Shown here: piece after piece, positions 1-10,684 of the stretch
Numbering within the stretch: the first letter of the stretch is position 1
How the letters are laid out: every line of letters starts with the position of its first letter
Source of the DNA: Andalucia godoyi And28
Taxonomy: Eukaryota > Protista > Jakobida
Assembly (NCBI GenBank): GCA_009859145.1
Contig: VRVR01000018.1
Coordinates: 5,688 to 69,687, forward strand
DNA length: 64,000 nucleotides
Direction: 5' to 3'
The notes under the pieces: model-generated
What the model was told of the DNA's origin: nothing
What the model saw: only the letters and a program-made list of their open reading frames with translations
Database searches by the model: none
Made by a program: the position numbers and the translations under genes

Positions 1-2
1 AC

Positions 3-341
3 GACGATTGCGAGTTGTCCGAACTTGGGGAAAAAACAACGCGTCCAAAAATGGAGCTGTGCTGCTTGGACAAGACAGCCAAGTCTCTTGCGCGAATGTT
101 CTTACAGGTGATGAAGTGTGCGCACACTCGGGTCGGATTATCGGATCCTGGAAGAGATAGTCCACAGTGTTTGCACTTCCAAGGTCCCTTCCCCTGGTTT
201 TCTGCAGGGTCTTTTTCACCTCCAGAGTACACTATGTGTTTGAAAACAGAAGACTTTGATTTGTGGCCCACAGGAGTAATACGGGCCTGCGAATCCCGCC
301 CTGTTTCGTTCGAAGATGACTGTGCAACAGACATGTTCTGA
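3..341 (+). CDS. 3' end of an unidentified ORF entering from upstream of the window
   Basis: Frame 3 is open from base 3 to TGA at 339-341, followed by A-rich 3'-UTR-like DNA. No recognisable motif. Confidence 0.3.
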   Translation, partial: DDCELSELGEKTTRPKMELCCLDKTAKSLARMFLQVMKCAHTRVGLSDPGRDSPQCLHFQGPFPWFSAGSFSPPEYTMCLKTEDFDLWPTGVIRACESRPVSFEDDCATDMF

Positions 342-526
342 AGTCAAGAAATGTCCAAACAAAAGACAAATTAAAAACCACGAACAACGAAACGAAAACA
401 ACACCGGCAATTCCAACTGAAGATGTCGAACAGGAAATTTGAGGCATGTGGCCAGAGAGGCCAGAAGTGAAATCGCGGGAAATTGCGGCGGCCAAAATGG
501 CGGGCAATCGGAACCGCTTATGAAGC

Positions 527-608
527 TGCAATATTGCATTGCAATTTCACTGCAATTTCATGCAACTTTGTGCAATCTTGCACTCCAAAGTCCGTTGCAG
601 TGCAAGAT
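527..608. repeat. Phased TGCAA(T) array with a perfect 10-bp inverted repeat
   Basis: TGCAA at 527, 540, 551, 561, 571 and 601. ATCTTGCACT (575-584) is the exact reverse complement of AGTGCAAGAT (599-608). Confidence 0.7.
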
Positions 609-833
609 ACCCACCCTACTGGTGGAGTATAATAACTGATTGTCAAAATGTTTTATGTCACTCGACCGTAGTCTAGCGACCTAGCGATCGACGATCGACA
701 CTGGTACTATCACTATCACTGTTTATAGATTGAACGTGGGAATGAATTCAACTCGTTACGACAATCATAATCCTGGACAAGAATACCGCGGCTCTCACGG
801 ATCAAAGACCCAGTGCGGTAGAATCCCAAGCAG

Positions 834-2660
834 CTATTGCAGAGAGATTTCAGCTGTCTGAGGACCACATGCAGCTGCACAGAACTCACGTATTCGAACT
901 GCCATCGCATTGTCTGCAATGCTACGTTCTTCCAAATCAAAAAGCGTCGGCGCCGCGTCCCTCAGCTGCTGAAAAAACAAACGCAGAGGGCCACGGCAAT
1001 CCAGTACCGGCGTGTCAAGCGAGGCATCCAGCAGACGAGCGATGATTTCTCTTCGAATCTTAAAGAGTTCCTCTTTCGTTCGCACGCGTGTATGGGAATC
1101 CTGTTGCAGATTCTTCTCATCAAGAACAATGGCCATTGGCGGTAGCCACGAGAGCACGTCGCCGAATGCGATGCACATGGTCGTCAGCATTGCCTGTTGC
1201 AAGCAGACCTGCAGTCGCTCGCCATCGGACAGATCGGCCAACGACGCCACTGCATCCAGCCAATCGGGCGAGAAGGCAGTGTGGTAGTGAAATTCATTGT
1301 CTCGTTTTTGCACAAACGACGCACCACCCCAGTCGATCAAGCAGATAGGAAATCGCATGCCATTTTGGTGCTCATCACCAAGCAACACAATGTTCTGAGG
1401 GCAAATGTCCATGTGATAGATACTCTTCTCCTGGCAGTTCGACACGATGGATGTCAGCTGAAGAAGGAGCTCGGTGCAATACTGAACCGTATGATCCGAA
1501 AAACAAGATGCAAGCGGCAATGGATTTCCCACGGGGGCCGTGCACAGAATACCACCACGCTCGGACTGCTCGGAGAGCACAAGGGACGGTACCCAGTACT
1601 TATGAGCACCCCAGTCAATTCGCGAAATCTCTATCAACACGCTTCGTTCTGTTTCCATATCACCCAGCTTCGAAGGCGGAAAGCTCTTCACGGCAACTGG
1701 TGTCGTCTGATCCACCACGCCGGTCGCAACCTCGACCGCATTCGGCTCTCCCACACCATGCACGGGTCCACGTTGCAGCATCCCCGTCAGCTGGATCTGG
1801 TGTGCAATTCGTAATGAAGAAACAATGTCGGACGATGTTGCAGAGACAACAGGCGGAGCTTCTCCATCCCAGGAACACAATTCATGAGAGTCAAACGACA
1901 ACAACATGCACAGCGCACGCAGGCCAACCGTGTCCAGTGCAACAGGACTTGTTTGCAACAAATCATAGTCCCAACCATTGCCCGTCTGCAGAATGCGCAG
2001 ATGCAGGAACACGATCGAAGTACGATTGCATGCAAATCCCCAGTACGAGCGCCGGCGTATCCCACACTCTTCGACCATGTGTGCAAAGCGTTGGTACACT
2101 TGCCGAATAGCCTCTCCCAACTTCTCCTCCACATGCTCGCCGCTAGATCCTTTGAGCTCTCCCACAAGACACGCTTCAAAGTATGTGGCAAGTCGCCTGG
2201 CAACACGTCCTCGGCAAAACAGCAAGTCCACGCGTTGGATCAGTCCGTACAGTCCGCTTCTCGAGAAGTCTACGAGGTGCACATCACCGTGCTTGGATAG
2301 AAACCGAGTGAAAAACAGCCGAAACTGATCTTGCAACTGTGGCTCAGGGGAGTTGCGAGGTAAACTTCCCACCGTGTCATTCCATAGGGTTTGGAAATCA
2401 TTCCAATGCAAAAGAGAAACCTGAACGAAGGCGAAGAGCTGTTGCAGAGTAGCTCTCGAGGTGCATAGATTTGTTCTCCGGCTGCGTGACGACGATCCGA
2501 CAGCCAATAGATCTCGCGAGAGGCCGATGAGAAACGTTTCAATTCTGGCTTTTTTCACCTCTTGTTGCGCTATCTCCTTTTCTCGGCGTTCATTCTCTTT
2601 CTCGCGTTCTAACTGCTTGATTTGCTCTCGGAGCTTCCGATTTTCCAGATTTGGATCCAT
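834..2660 (-). CDS. Crinkler-related (CR) effector-like protein: coiled-coil header + PD-(D/E)XK REase-like domain + protein kinase-like domain, 608 aa
   Basis: Charged coiled-coil N-terminus; RVDLLF...GELK...EAIRQ...WGFACNRTSIVF (REase-like); VAVK, HMDICPQNI and LIDWGGA kinase motifs. Intronless. Confidence 0.7.
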   Translation of the reverse strand: MDPNLENRKLREQIKQLEREKENERREKEIAQQEVKKARIETFLIGLSRDLLAVGSSSRSRRTNLCTSRATLQQLFAFVQVSLLHWNDFQTLWNDTVGSLPRNSPEPQLQDQFRLFFTRFLSKHGDVHLVDFSRSGLYGLIQRVDLLFCRGRVARRLATYFEACLVGELKGSSGEHVEEKLGEAIRQVYQRFAHMVEECGIRRRSYWGFACNRTSIVFLHLRILQTGNGWDYDLLQTSPVALDTVGLRALCMLLSFDSHELCSWDGEAPPVVSATSSDIVSSLRIAHQIQLTGMLQRGPVHGVGEPNAVEVATGVVDQTTPVAVKSFPPSKLGDMETERSVLIEISRIDWGAHKYWVPSLVLSEQSERGGILCTAPVGNPLPLASCFSDHTVQYCTELLLQLTSIVSNCQEKSIYHMDICPQNIVLLGDEHQNGMRFPICLIDWGGASFVQKRDNEFHYHTAFSPDWLDAVASLADLSDGERLQVCLQQAMLTTMCIAFGDVLSWLPPMAIVLDEKNLQQDSHTRVRTKEELFKIRREIIARLLDASLDTPVLDCRGPLRLFFQQLRDAAPTLFDLEERSIADNAMAVRIREFCAAACGPQTAEISLQ

Positions 2661-3009
2661 TACACTAGTGATTTAACAAGAAGGGGAAATTACAAGAAAA
2701 AAAAGAAAAGAAAAAGGAAAACGGTGGGAATTGAACTTGGAGGAGGGGAAAAACAAGAAGCGGGGGTGTTCTTCGAATTTCTCCCACGACTGAAGTCGCA
2801 TACACCCAAACATCACGGAATGTACGGTAAGAGATCCATTTTACAGTGGCAGGGATCCATTTTGAAGTGTAAGGCTTGACGCTAGGAAGCCAAATTTTTT
2901 TTCCCTTGCCGATTTTCTTTGTGGCTTGCATTTTTGGTTTTTCTGGCTTCACTGAGCCACTGATTTTACGTATGAGACAACGCCAAGCAGAACATTCATT
3001 TTCGAATTG

Positions 3010-4629
3010 CTAGTCATCATCGTCGTCATCTTCTCTTTCCCCCGGATGTTGCTGAGCAGCGTGGATGGTGGCGACGGCTGGTTGTGGCTCTCCAGTGTCT
3101 GATTCTTCAATGACCGCTTCATGCTCTTCGCGGAGTCCCGTCGATTCGCCCGTGCTTTCTGGGGCGTACTCCAATCCCCGTTCTCTGAACTTGCGAATCG
3201 CTGCAGCTTCCTTTTCGTCTCCTGCATGAACATGGTCAAGAAGCCTCCGCCTTGAGACCGGCTGGCGGTCCAAGGAATCTGTGAAGAACGACAGAGAATG
3301 ACCCCACGCACCTTTGATTTCAGAAGATGTGATTTGGCGGTAGGCCTTGCACATCAAGTCGACAAGATTCTCTTTTGATTGCGGAAGAGTCCTCACGACA
3401 ATCTGGGTGAAATACCATTTCCACGTGCCGAAGACTTCTTCACAAGGATCGAGAAACGGCGAATACGCGGGCAAAAAGCACATTTTAATGCCTTCTGGGA
3501 TTTCAAATTGCACTATTTCTGCTTTGTGAATAGCACAGTTGTCCTGAACAATGAGCTGTTTTGGGTCGCCTTTCTTGGGAATCCCGCCAGTCTTCTGCAA
3601 CTCGGCGAAGAGATGTCTGAGAAAATCCGCGTATGTCTGTGCTTTGACTCTGCCGTCGTAGCACTCGAAATACATCATCCTCTCTTTGTTCACTGCCACG
3701 ACTGCAGAAATGTTTGGAAGATCGATCTTTCCAATCGGCACCAGCGGACTGCACCCTTTCACACTGATGCCTTTGTTTGGCAGCACGCAAACATTGAAAG
3801 GAGTCTCGTCGATGAGTATTGCATTGTCGTACGCTGCGCGTTTCACATTCGACATCATCTTTGCGTACTGGTACCTTGCATCGATAATTCTCGGCAAATT
3901 TCTGCTAAGTGGGACAGGATAGAAGTCGGCTGCTCGGAATCCCAGATGCACATGCATCCAGTGTTGCAGCACCGCAGCCCCGTTTTCCAGTTCGTGCTGT
4001 TCCAGTTCCGGAAACTGCTTCTGCATCATTCCCATTAGATCTCTGTAGTGGAGAGTGTTGTCGATTACCAGGTGCTGCGCTGCCCAAAGAAGCTGATCAT
4101 CAGAAAGCAGTCGAGGTCGTCGGCATTTGGGATTCATCGCTCCATGTGCGAGCGGCTGAAGCGCATCTTCTCCGCGTTTCGCACGCTTTTCTACGCGGTG
4201 ATATGTCTGGTACAGAGCCGCTTCCTTGTGATTCAATACTGCCGCAAGATCGCGCAACGTGGATGTCTTGGTCCGCATGCTGATCCAGACAACTTCCTTG
4301 TCTCTCTGGCAGATGGTGTCCCTCGGTTGCCGATGCTGCGCCACTGCATTCGCATTTTCTTTATTCTCTTCACCAGAATGCCGTTCCTCGCCTTCCTTTT
4401 CTTCCTCTTTCTGTTCCACGCTGGTGTCAACAGCCACTTTCATTAAAAAGTGGCGGACCCCGGATTGGACGGCCGCCTCCCTGGCTTTGTACGCCAGTTC
4501 TGCTTTTGCAGCTGTTTCCCTGTTTCGTTTCTCTTGCTTTTGATGACGCAGTCTCTGCGATTTCGACATGAAATCCGTTAGAGTGGCATGGCTGAGCTCT
4601 GGGAAGTGGTCTTCGGGTAGCGGAGGCAT
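3010..4629 (-). mobile_element. IS630/Tc1-mariner superfamily DDE transposase ORF (DD33E), 539 aa; no TIRs found
   Basis: ILIDETPFN, IVQDNCAIHKA and FLPAYSPFLDPCEEVFGTWK match the DDE_3/IS630 motifs. HTH-like region upstream; ORF intact. Confidence 0.85.
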
Positions 4630-5060
4630 GTTCTGTTCTCCGACGTCGCTAGGGAGTGTGGTGGAATCAGAAAATTAGTGCAAAAGATTTTTATTACGAA
4701 AAATAAAAGAAAACAAGAAACAGTTGATCAACACACGTGCAAACCGTCACTGGATGCAGCGGCGAGGACAGATTCACTGTTGAAAAGTATACTGATAAAA
4801 AGCGACGGTAGTCGGGAATTAGGTAATTAATATTTTACATATAACTCCTGAACGGCGTCGTCCCCAAGAGAATTTCTTTTGCCAGATTGCTCGCCGTCCC
4901 CGACTCTACCAGTCTCCAGCATTATCTCAGAAAAAGTGATGTGGACCGTTTTCCATATTTGTGAAACATGGAAAAAAAACCACGAAGTACTATCACTTGT
5001 TTTCTTTTTTTTAATTGTCAACTACAGAATGTGCATGTGTGTCTGAAGTCCGATGCCAGC

Positions 5061-6228
5061 CTAAATATCATCAAACCAGACAGTGTGCTTGGCATCCGGA
5101 CCTGTGCCAACGCACCAAATGGGGACGCCGCAGTCTTTTTCGATGGTCGACAGCCAATCGCGAGCGTGCGTGGAAAGAGCAGACGCTTCCGTGACACCAG
5201 CACATTCCGGAAAGAGAACATCCAGTTTGCAAATTGCAATTTTCGTGGCAGAATTTAACATAATTGCCTTCTGCGCAAGGACCGTTGAAAACGGAGCTGC
5301 TCGGCGAGGACGACCCGTGTTGACTCCGTACTCTTGCCAACCTCGTTTGATCGTCTCTTCTGGCGTGAGTTCGCCCTCAAGGAATCCCTGTCCGACACGA
5401 GTTACATATGCCTTGAAGACAATGACAACATCTTTGACGTGTTTGGGGCCAACTCCTACGTCGGCACAGAGCGACGAAGCGCACACGTCTTTGGACGTGC
5501 AGAAGGGATAATCGCCGTAGTAGAGCGAAAGGAACGTTGCTTGGGTACCCTCAATGATGACCTGCTCTTTTCGAAGCAGAGCTGCATGAATCAGCGAAGG
5601 CACGTCACCAACGTACTCCTTCAGACTATCCCAGTTCTTTGCAATGGGTCCTTTGCGCAAGACGTGATCAGAGATGGCCATACCGGATCCAGATCCTGTG
5701 GAGCCCACGATTTTCATCAGATGTTCATCAGCTTTTTCCCGAACACGGTGTTCCTCTGCAATAATGGCGCAATTCTTGTCAATAACCAATCGGCCAGGCC
5801 CAATTCCGAGATCAACAATCTCTTTGGCAGTGATGATTGGATCCACGACAACCCCAGGACCAATCATCAACGCAGCAGAAGGCACGTCCAGGGCCGCAGA
5901 CGGTACCTGCCGAATTCCAAACTTCTTCCCCTGGAACTCGATGGTGTGTCCCGCATTCGTGCCAACTCCCCCTCTTGCGACAATGGACGCCTTCAGCTTA
6001 TGTGCCACGGCAGCGACGATCCGCCCTTTTCCTTCGTCCTGTGAGTCGAAATATCGTAAGACGCTTTCAGTTCTTCAACCTCCCACAACAGCAAGTGCCA
6101 ACAATCAACAAAAAGAAAAAAGAAGAAAGAAAACCAACACCACCCCCCAAAATGAAAATGAGATGTATATTTCAAAAACATACACCAAAAAACCCTCCCA
6201 CAACAACAGTCACGCAAGGTTCAACCAT
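5061..6228 (-). CDS. purA: Adenylosuccinate synthetase, short archaeal type, two exons, 340 aa
   Basis: Exon 1 6228-6184 (MVEPCVTVVVGGFFG), GTATGT...CAG intron 6183-6039, exon 2 6038-5061 (DEGKG...RGGVGTNAGHT, EGTQ, YGDYPFCTS, TGRPRR, KLDVL). Splicing restores the P-loop GGFFGDEGKG. Confidence 0.93.
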
Positions 6229-6558
6229 TCTCCTGATCTTTGTTGGAGGGAGGAAAAAATGAAAATAAATGAAGAAAACGTGCACAATCGAAAAGGCAAA
6301 AGGGGGGCGCGGGCTGGCAAAAACGTAGAAAAAGGAACTCTCTGGTGCAAGACCTGGGGATTGTGTGATCGGCTTGAGGTCTCGAGAATCTCTGAGTTTC
6401 TCGTCTTTCTGTTGAACTCGCAGCAAAATCAACAAAACCGGAAAATCGAGGCCAAGAAAAGAGCCTCTCCAAAAAAACAAAAAAAAAACAAGGAACTCAT
6501 TCATCTACCAAGCGTCTGATTTGGATATTTGGATCATTTTGAAAAGAAAAGAAAGAAA

Positions 6559-9171
6559 ATGTCGGAAGACCGTCGTAACGTCGTATTGAAGAGTTTCACC
6601 GTGAAAGAACACATTTCTGTGACCATTCGGCGATTTGCACGTGTAGATGTGTTGATGAAAGACATTGACCGTCGCTTTGTGAATCAAGTCTCCGCTAAAC
6701 CAGGCCTCGGCCAAACCACACAAACACCCTCTTCATTTTCCTCCTCTTCGCTGTCGTCCTTGTCTCTCCACGCCTTGGAGGACTTGAGGGATCTTTCAAA
6801 TTGCTCTGTTCGACTGCAAGTGTTTGTTGCAACGACTGCTCTCACACCAGTTTGTGAATCAATGTCGTTTCGATTGAATTTGAATGGTGAACTTTCTGAC
6901 GCGCAGACCGTGGGCCTCCCGATTCGTATATGCGATGTTCCTCGAAGCGCAAGTCTGAAGATTTGGCTGATGCGTGCCGGTCACGATTGCTTGGGACTTT
7001 CTGAAATGCCACTCTATTCCAAGGCTGCCGGAAGACTGCGGCAGGGAAGACGCAGAGCGCGGATGCATCTCATGACTGTCAGTTCCGGCCACTCGTATGC
7101 GTACAAAATCGATGCAGGTCAGGATCCTCTGCAGAGACTCGAGAAATTGGATGATGCGTTTCAGTCTCGAGCAGAGAGCATCAAGGTATCGTGGTTGGAC
7201 CGATGCCACTCGGATTTCCTTGAAAACGCTGAGGACGTTGTCCGCATGAATGAAATTGATGCCTGGAAGAAGAGTATACAGTCGTATCGGCAGTTTTCTT
7301 CATTCTCTTTTCGCTGGCCCAGCACGGAGCATGCACCGTTTTTCTACGGTGTGTTCGAGTTTCCGAGGTTCAGCGTTCCAATTATGTTTTCTGCAGACCC
7401 GGAAATTCAGCGTTCCGTTTTTTCTGGCTCAGAGTCTTCGAGGGTGCCAGCGGACCCGCAAGCGTTGAACGAAAATCCCTGCGAAATCCTCCATTCCAAG
7501 CTGGGACGTGTGTCGCTGGTGGAAGACAAAGCTGCGAAACCGGACCCGACTGCGTTGTTGTCCATTCAGAGAATTTTGAATCTTACGTGTCTGGATGAGC
7601 TCAGTACAGAGGACAAGGCCATATTATGGAAGTATCGCTATTATCTTCGAAGAGAAGGTCGCGCGCTGACAAAATTCTTGAGATGTGTCGACTGGAAAGA
7701 TCCGAAGGATCAGAAGGAAGGCCATGCACTGATGAACGTCTGGAATCCAATCGAGGTCTCCGATGCGCTAGAATTACTGTCAAGCTCATTTTCGGACGTC
7801 CCCGTGCGTTTTCATGCTGTAGAGGTTCTGCGACAGGCATCCCATACGCAGATTTGCTCCATTCTACTGCAGCTGGTCCAGGCGCTGCGCTACGAACGGA
7901 ATGGAGCGTTTTCAGAATTGGCCAATTTCCTCCTGGATCGTGCCTGTGTCAGTTTTGATATTGCATGTGACCTTTTTTGGTACCTCACAGTGGAGTCCGG
8001 TGAATTATTCCTGGAAGTCAAGAAGCGCTTGATCAGTCTCGTTTGCAGCTCCGGTGTTCCCGAGACGTCTGGCAACTTGAAGGCAATGGATTTGCTCACT
8101 GGGGAGAAACGGGCATCGATACTGGAGAAGCAACAGGTTTTCATTGCACTTCTTCAGAGAACATGCAAAGCGCTGGAAAAGGAAAAAAATCGCATCAAGA
8201 AGATTGAAACCTTGAAATCGCTGATTGTGTCGGGCGGTGACGACCAGATGTTCACAACCTTGTTCAAGACCAGTATTGTCTCTCTGCCGATTCATCCGCA
8301 TGTTGCAATACAGCGCTTGCTTGCAGATGATGCTTATGTGTTCAAAAGCGCCAAGAACCCGCTGAAACTGGCATTTTCTCCAACAAATGAATCTGCTCCA
8401 ATACAGCGAATCATCTTCAAATCGGGGGACGATATCCGGCAGGATCAGCTGGTCATGCAAATGATTAACCTCATGGACACAGTGTTGAAGCGAAATGGAC
8501 TGGATTTGCGTCTGACGCCTTATCGAGTTCTTGCATGCAGTGCTGATTGCGGAGTGGTCGAATGCATCGAGGATGTCAAGTCCATCGCCGAAATCATTGC
8601 AGAATTTCGGGGGGACATCATCAAGTTTCTCGAGAAATGCAATCCTCAAATGCCACCGTCTGTTATGGATAATTTTGTGAAGAGTTGTGCTGGATACTCG
8701 GTGATCACCTTTATTCTTGGGATAGGAGACCGGCATTTGGATAATTTGTTGCTGATGCCCGATGGGCGTCTTTTCCATATCGACTTTGGCTTCATCCTGG
8801 GCCGCGATCCGAAACCATATCCTCCTCCGATGAAATTGTCCAAGGAAATTGTGCAAGCAATGGGAAACGAATATGACCGATTCCGCAGTTTATGCTGCGA
8901 AGCATTCAACATTCTCCGCAAACAAGCATCTCTCATTTTGAACCTTCTGGTACTGATGATCGACGCAAACATCCCCGATGTGTCTGGAATCAATGTGAAG
9001 AAATTGGACCCAAGAGAGCATCTTTTGAAGGTCCAAGAAAAGTTTCGACTCGATTTGTCAGACGAAGAAGCTGTAGTTTTCTTGCAGTCTGTTATCAACG
9101 ATTCCGTCAATGCGCTGTTCCCGCAAATCACCGAGGCGATCCATCGAATTGCACAGCAGCTGCGATCATGA
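6559..9171 (+). CDS. VPS34: Phosphatidylinositol 3-kinase class III (Vps34)
   Basis: C2 domain, helical domain (LWKYRYYL, ALTKFLRCVDW) and kinase domain (FKSGDDIRQDQL, GIGDRHLDNLL, HIDFGFILGRDPKP). First ATG at 6559. Confidence 0.96.
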   Translation: MSEDRRNVVLKSFTVKEHISVTIRRFARVDVLMKDIDRRFVNQVSAKPGLGQTTQTPSSFSSSSLSSLSLHALEDLRDLSNCSVRLQVFVATTALTPVCESMSFRLNLNGELSDAQTVGLPIRICDVPRSASLKIWLMRAGHDCLGLSEMPLYSKAAGRLRQGRRRARMHLMTVSSGHSYAYKIDAGQDPLQRLEKLDDAFQSRAESIKVSWLDRCHSDFLENAEDVVRMNEIDAWKKSIQSYRQFSSFSFRWPSTEHAPFFYGVFEFPRFSVPIMFSADPEIQRSVFSGSESSRVPADPQALNENPCEILHSKLGRVSLVEDKAAKPDPTALLSIQRILNLTCLDELSTEDKAILWKYRYYLRREGRALTKFLRCVDWKDPKDQKEGHALMNVWNPIEVSDALELLSSSFSDVPVRFHAVEVLRQASHTQICSILLQLVQALRYERNGAFSELANFLLDRACVSFDIACDLFWYLTVESGELFLEVKKRLISLVCSSGVPETSGNLKAMDLLTGEKRASILEKQQVFIALLQRTCKALEKEKNRIKKIETLKSLIVSGGDDQMFTTLFKTSIVSLPIHPHVAIQRLLADDAYVFKSAKNPLKLAFSPTNESAPIQRIIFKSGDDIRQDQLVMQMINLMDTVLKRNGLDLRLTPYRVLACSADCGVVECIEDVKSIAEIIAEFRGDIIKFLEKCNPQMPPSVMDNFVKSCAGYSVITFILGIGDRHLDNLLLMPDGRLFHIDFGFILGRDPKPYPPPMKLSKEIVQAMGNEYDRFRSLCCEAFNILRKQASLILNLLVLMIDANIPDVSGINVKKLDPREHLLKVQEKFRLDLSDEEAVVFLQSVINDSVNALFPQITEAIHRIAQQLRS

Positions 9172-9316
9172 GCGCTCCATGTTACTCCTCATAAATTAAT
9201 GAATTAATTATTTAAAAAACCGGTATTGGTCGCTCATGTGCCAAAAAAGTAAAAAATAAAAAATAAAAAATAAAAAATAAAAAAAGATGAAGAGGAGGCA
9301 AGGAGGACAGAATGCC

Positions 9317-10489
9317 TCACAGTCGAATTCTCAGAAAACCTTCATGGATCTCGGTTTGCAAATTCTCTTTGAGGCGAAGCTCTGCTCGAATCGCCTTCAC
9401 TGCATCGACAATCACGTGCGGATTGCAGTCTACAGGGATTACATCTGAAAAGCTAATGTCCAGAGATCCGTTCGCAGCCAAATCGCCAATGTCTTCGTTC
9501 AGTCTGCTATGCACGAACGCATACGCCTTGCGTGCAATAGCACGGGCCTTGATCGCTCTGTCTGCAATTGTCACTCCACAGCCATCTTGCGATAGCAACG
9601 ACGATCCATCCTCATCCTCGAGCACACTTCTGGATTGATCTGAGGACCGCGCAGTTGCTTGGCTTTGCGGATTCCCCATTCGGAGCACAAGGCCTAACAA
9701 GCTCGACCCGGAAAGTGCCGCGTGAGTCCCCGACGAGGACACCCCAGAGGAGACATAGCCACTAGCATGGGAACCGGCAGCTCCAGAGATCGAGCTTGCA
9801 TTTGAATCCATGCCAGCTCCATTTCGAACTGACGACACAACTCCGCCTTGCCCAGAGGGAAATCGAGGAAGAGACAAAGGCTGCGAAAGCACCCCCGAAA
9901 TCTTGCTCTGCAATGGATCCGACGCCAATTCCCGGTCGATGATTTGTTGCATCAGTTCTGTCGTTAGTTCTTGAAGCCAAAACGATTTTTTTCCTGTCTC
10001 GTCGCGCTGCAAAACAATTGTATCATCCTCACCCAATGCAAACAGAAGCTTGCTCATGGACACCCTCCTTTTGTGCGATTTGCGCATGTCTGAGTTGACT
10101 ACCGTCAAAAACTCATCGGCGGGCACCGCGCTTGATGGCTGGCGTGCACGCAATTGCTTGAGAATTTTGATCGCCGACACTAGAATGGGTTTAACCTGTT
10201 CGACATCCGGATGAAATGTCAGCGCGTAACGATCCGAGCCCCTTCGATAATGCGGTGTCCGCTCCAGAATCGTCTGTATCTGAGATACTGTCAGGGGAAC
10301 GGGAGGCTCTGCATTCATCAGCGTCTGCTGAATCTCCAATACGGTCACCCCCTGCGCAAGTCTCCCGATACCCTCTCCAAGCTGCTCGATTGCACGGAAA
10401 ATCATGTCCTTGCTGTGAAGAAACAAAAATGTGAGCGCTTCATCAATCATTGGAGCATTTGTGTGAGTGGAAGGCCCGCTCGACTCCAT
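9317..10489 (-). CDS. Hypothetical protein, possibly with N-terminal winged-helix-like domains and a Ser/Gly-rich middle
   Basis: Long ORF; first plausible ATG at 10489 (MESSG); A-rich DNA after the stop. The fold guess rests on helix/strand pattern only. Confidence 0.6.
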   Translation of the reverse strand: MESSGPSTHTNAPMIDEALTFLFLHSKDMIFRAIEQLGEGIGRLAQGVTVLEIQQTLMNAEPPVPLTVSQIQTILERTPHYRRGSDRYALTFHPDVEQVKPILVSAIKILKQLRARQPSSAVPADEFLTVVNSDMRKSHKRRVSMSKLLFALGEDDTIVLQRDETGKKSFWLQELTTELMQQIIDRELASDPLQSKISGVLSQPLSLPRFPSGQGGVVSSVRNGAGMDSNASSISGAAGSHASGYVSSGVSSSGTHAALSGSSLLGLVLRMGNPQSQATARSSDQSRSVLEDEDGSSLLSQDGCGVTIADRAIKARAIARKAYAFVHSRLNEDIGDLAANGSLDISFSDVIPVDCNPHVIVDAVKAIRAELRLKENLQTEIHEGFLRIRL

Positions 10490-10684
10490 GATGACTCGCT
10501 CCTCGTCCCGTTTTCCCCCAGACTGAATTGAACCGGAAAAACTAAGAATCGATCGTCGATTCCAAGAGATTTTCACACTCTGCAGCGGTGTGAATCTGAC
10601 AAGCTCTCATCTCCCAGTTTATTATTGTTATTTTTTTCGTGTTTGCTCCCACTACGGCCGGCAATCAGTACAAAGTATCTTATT

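Noticed and set aside
2830-2962. TA-CAGTGGC (2842) and GCCACTG (near 2957) as Tc1-like termini; GATCCATTTT duplication
   Set aside because: Only 7 bp, both on the same side of the transposase, and no partner upstream of the ORF.
373-4986. 12-bp direct repeat AAAAACCACGAA at 373-384 and 4975-4986 flanking the kinase + transposase block
   Set aside because: It is A-rich, has no TIR inside it, and IS630/Tc1 elements duplicate only TA. Probably chance, but worth rechecking against empty-site alleles.
6079-6205. 12-bp sequence TGTTGTGGGAGG shared by purA exon 1 and its intron
   Set aside because: Too short and low-complexity to support intron gain by duplication.
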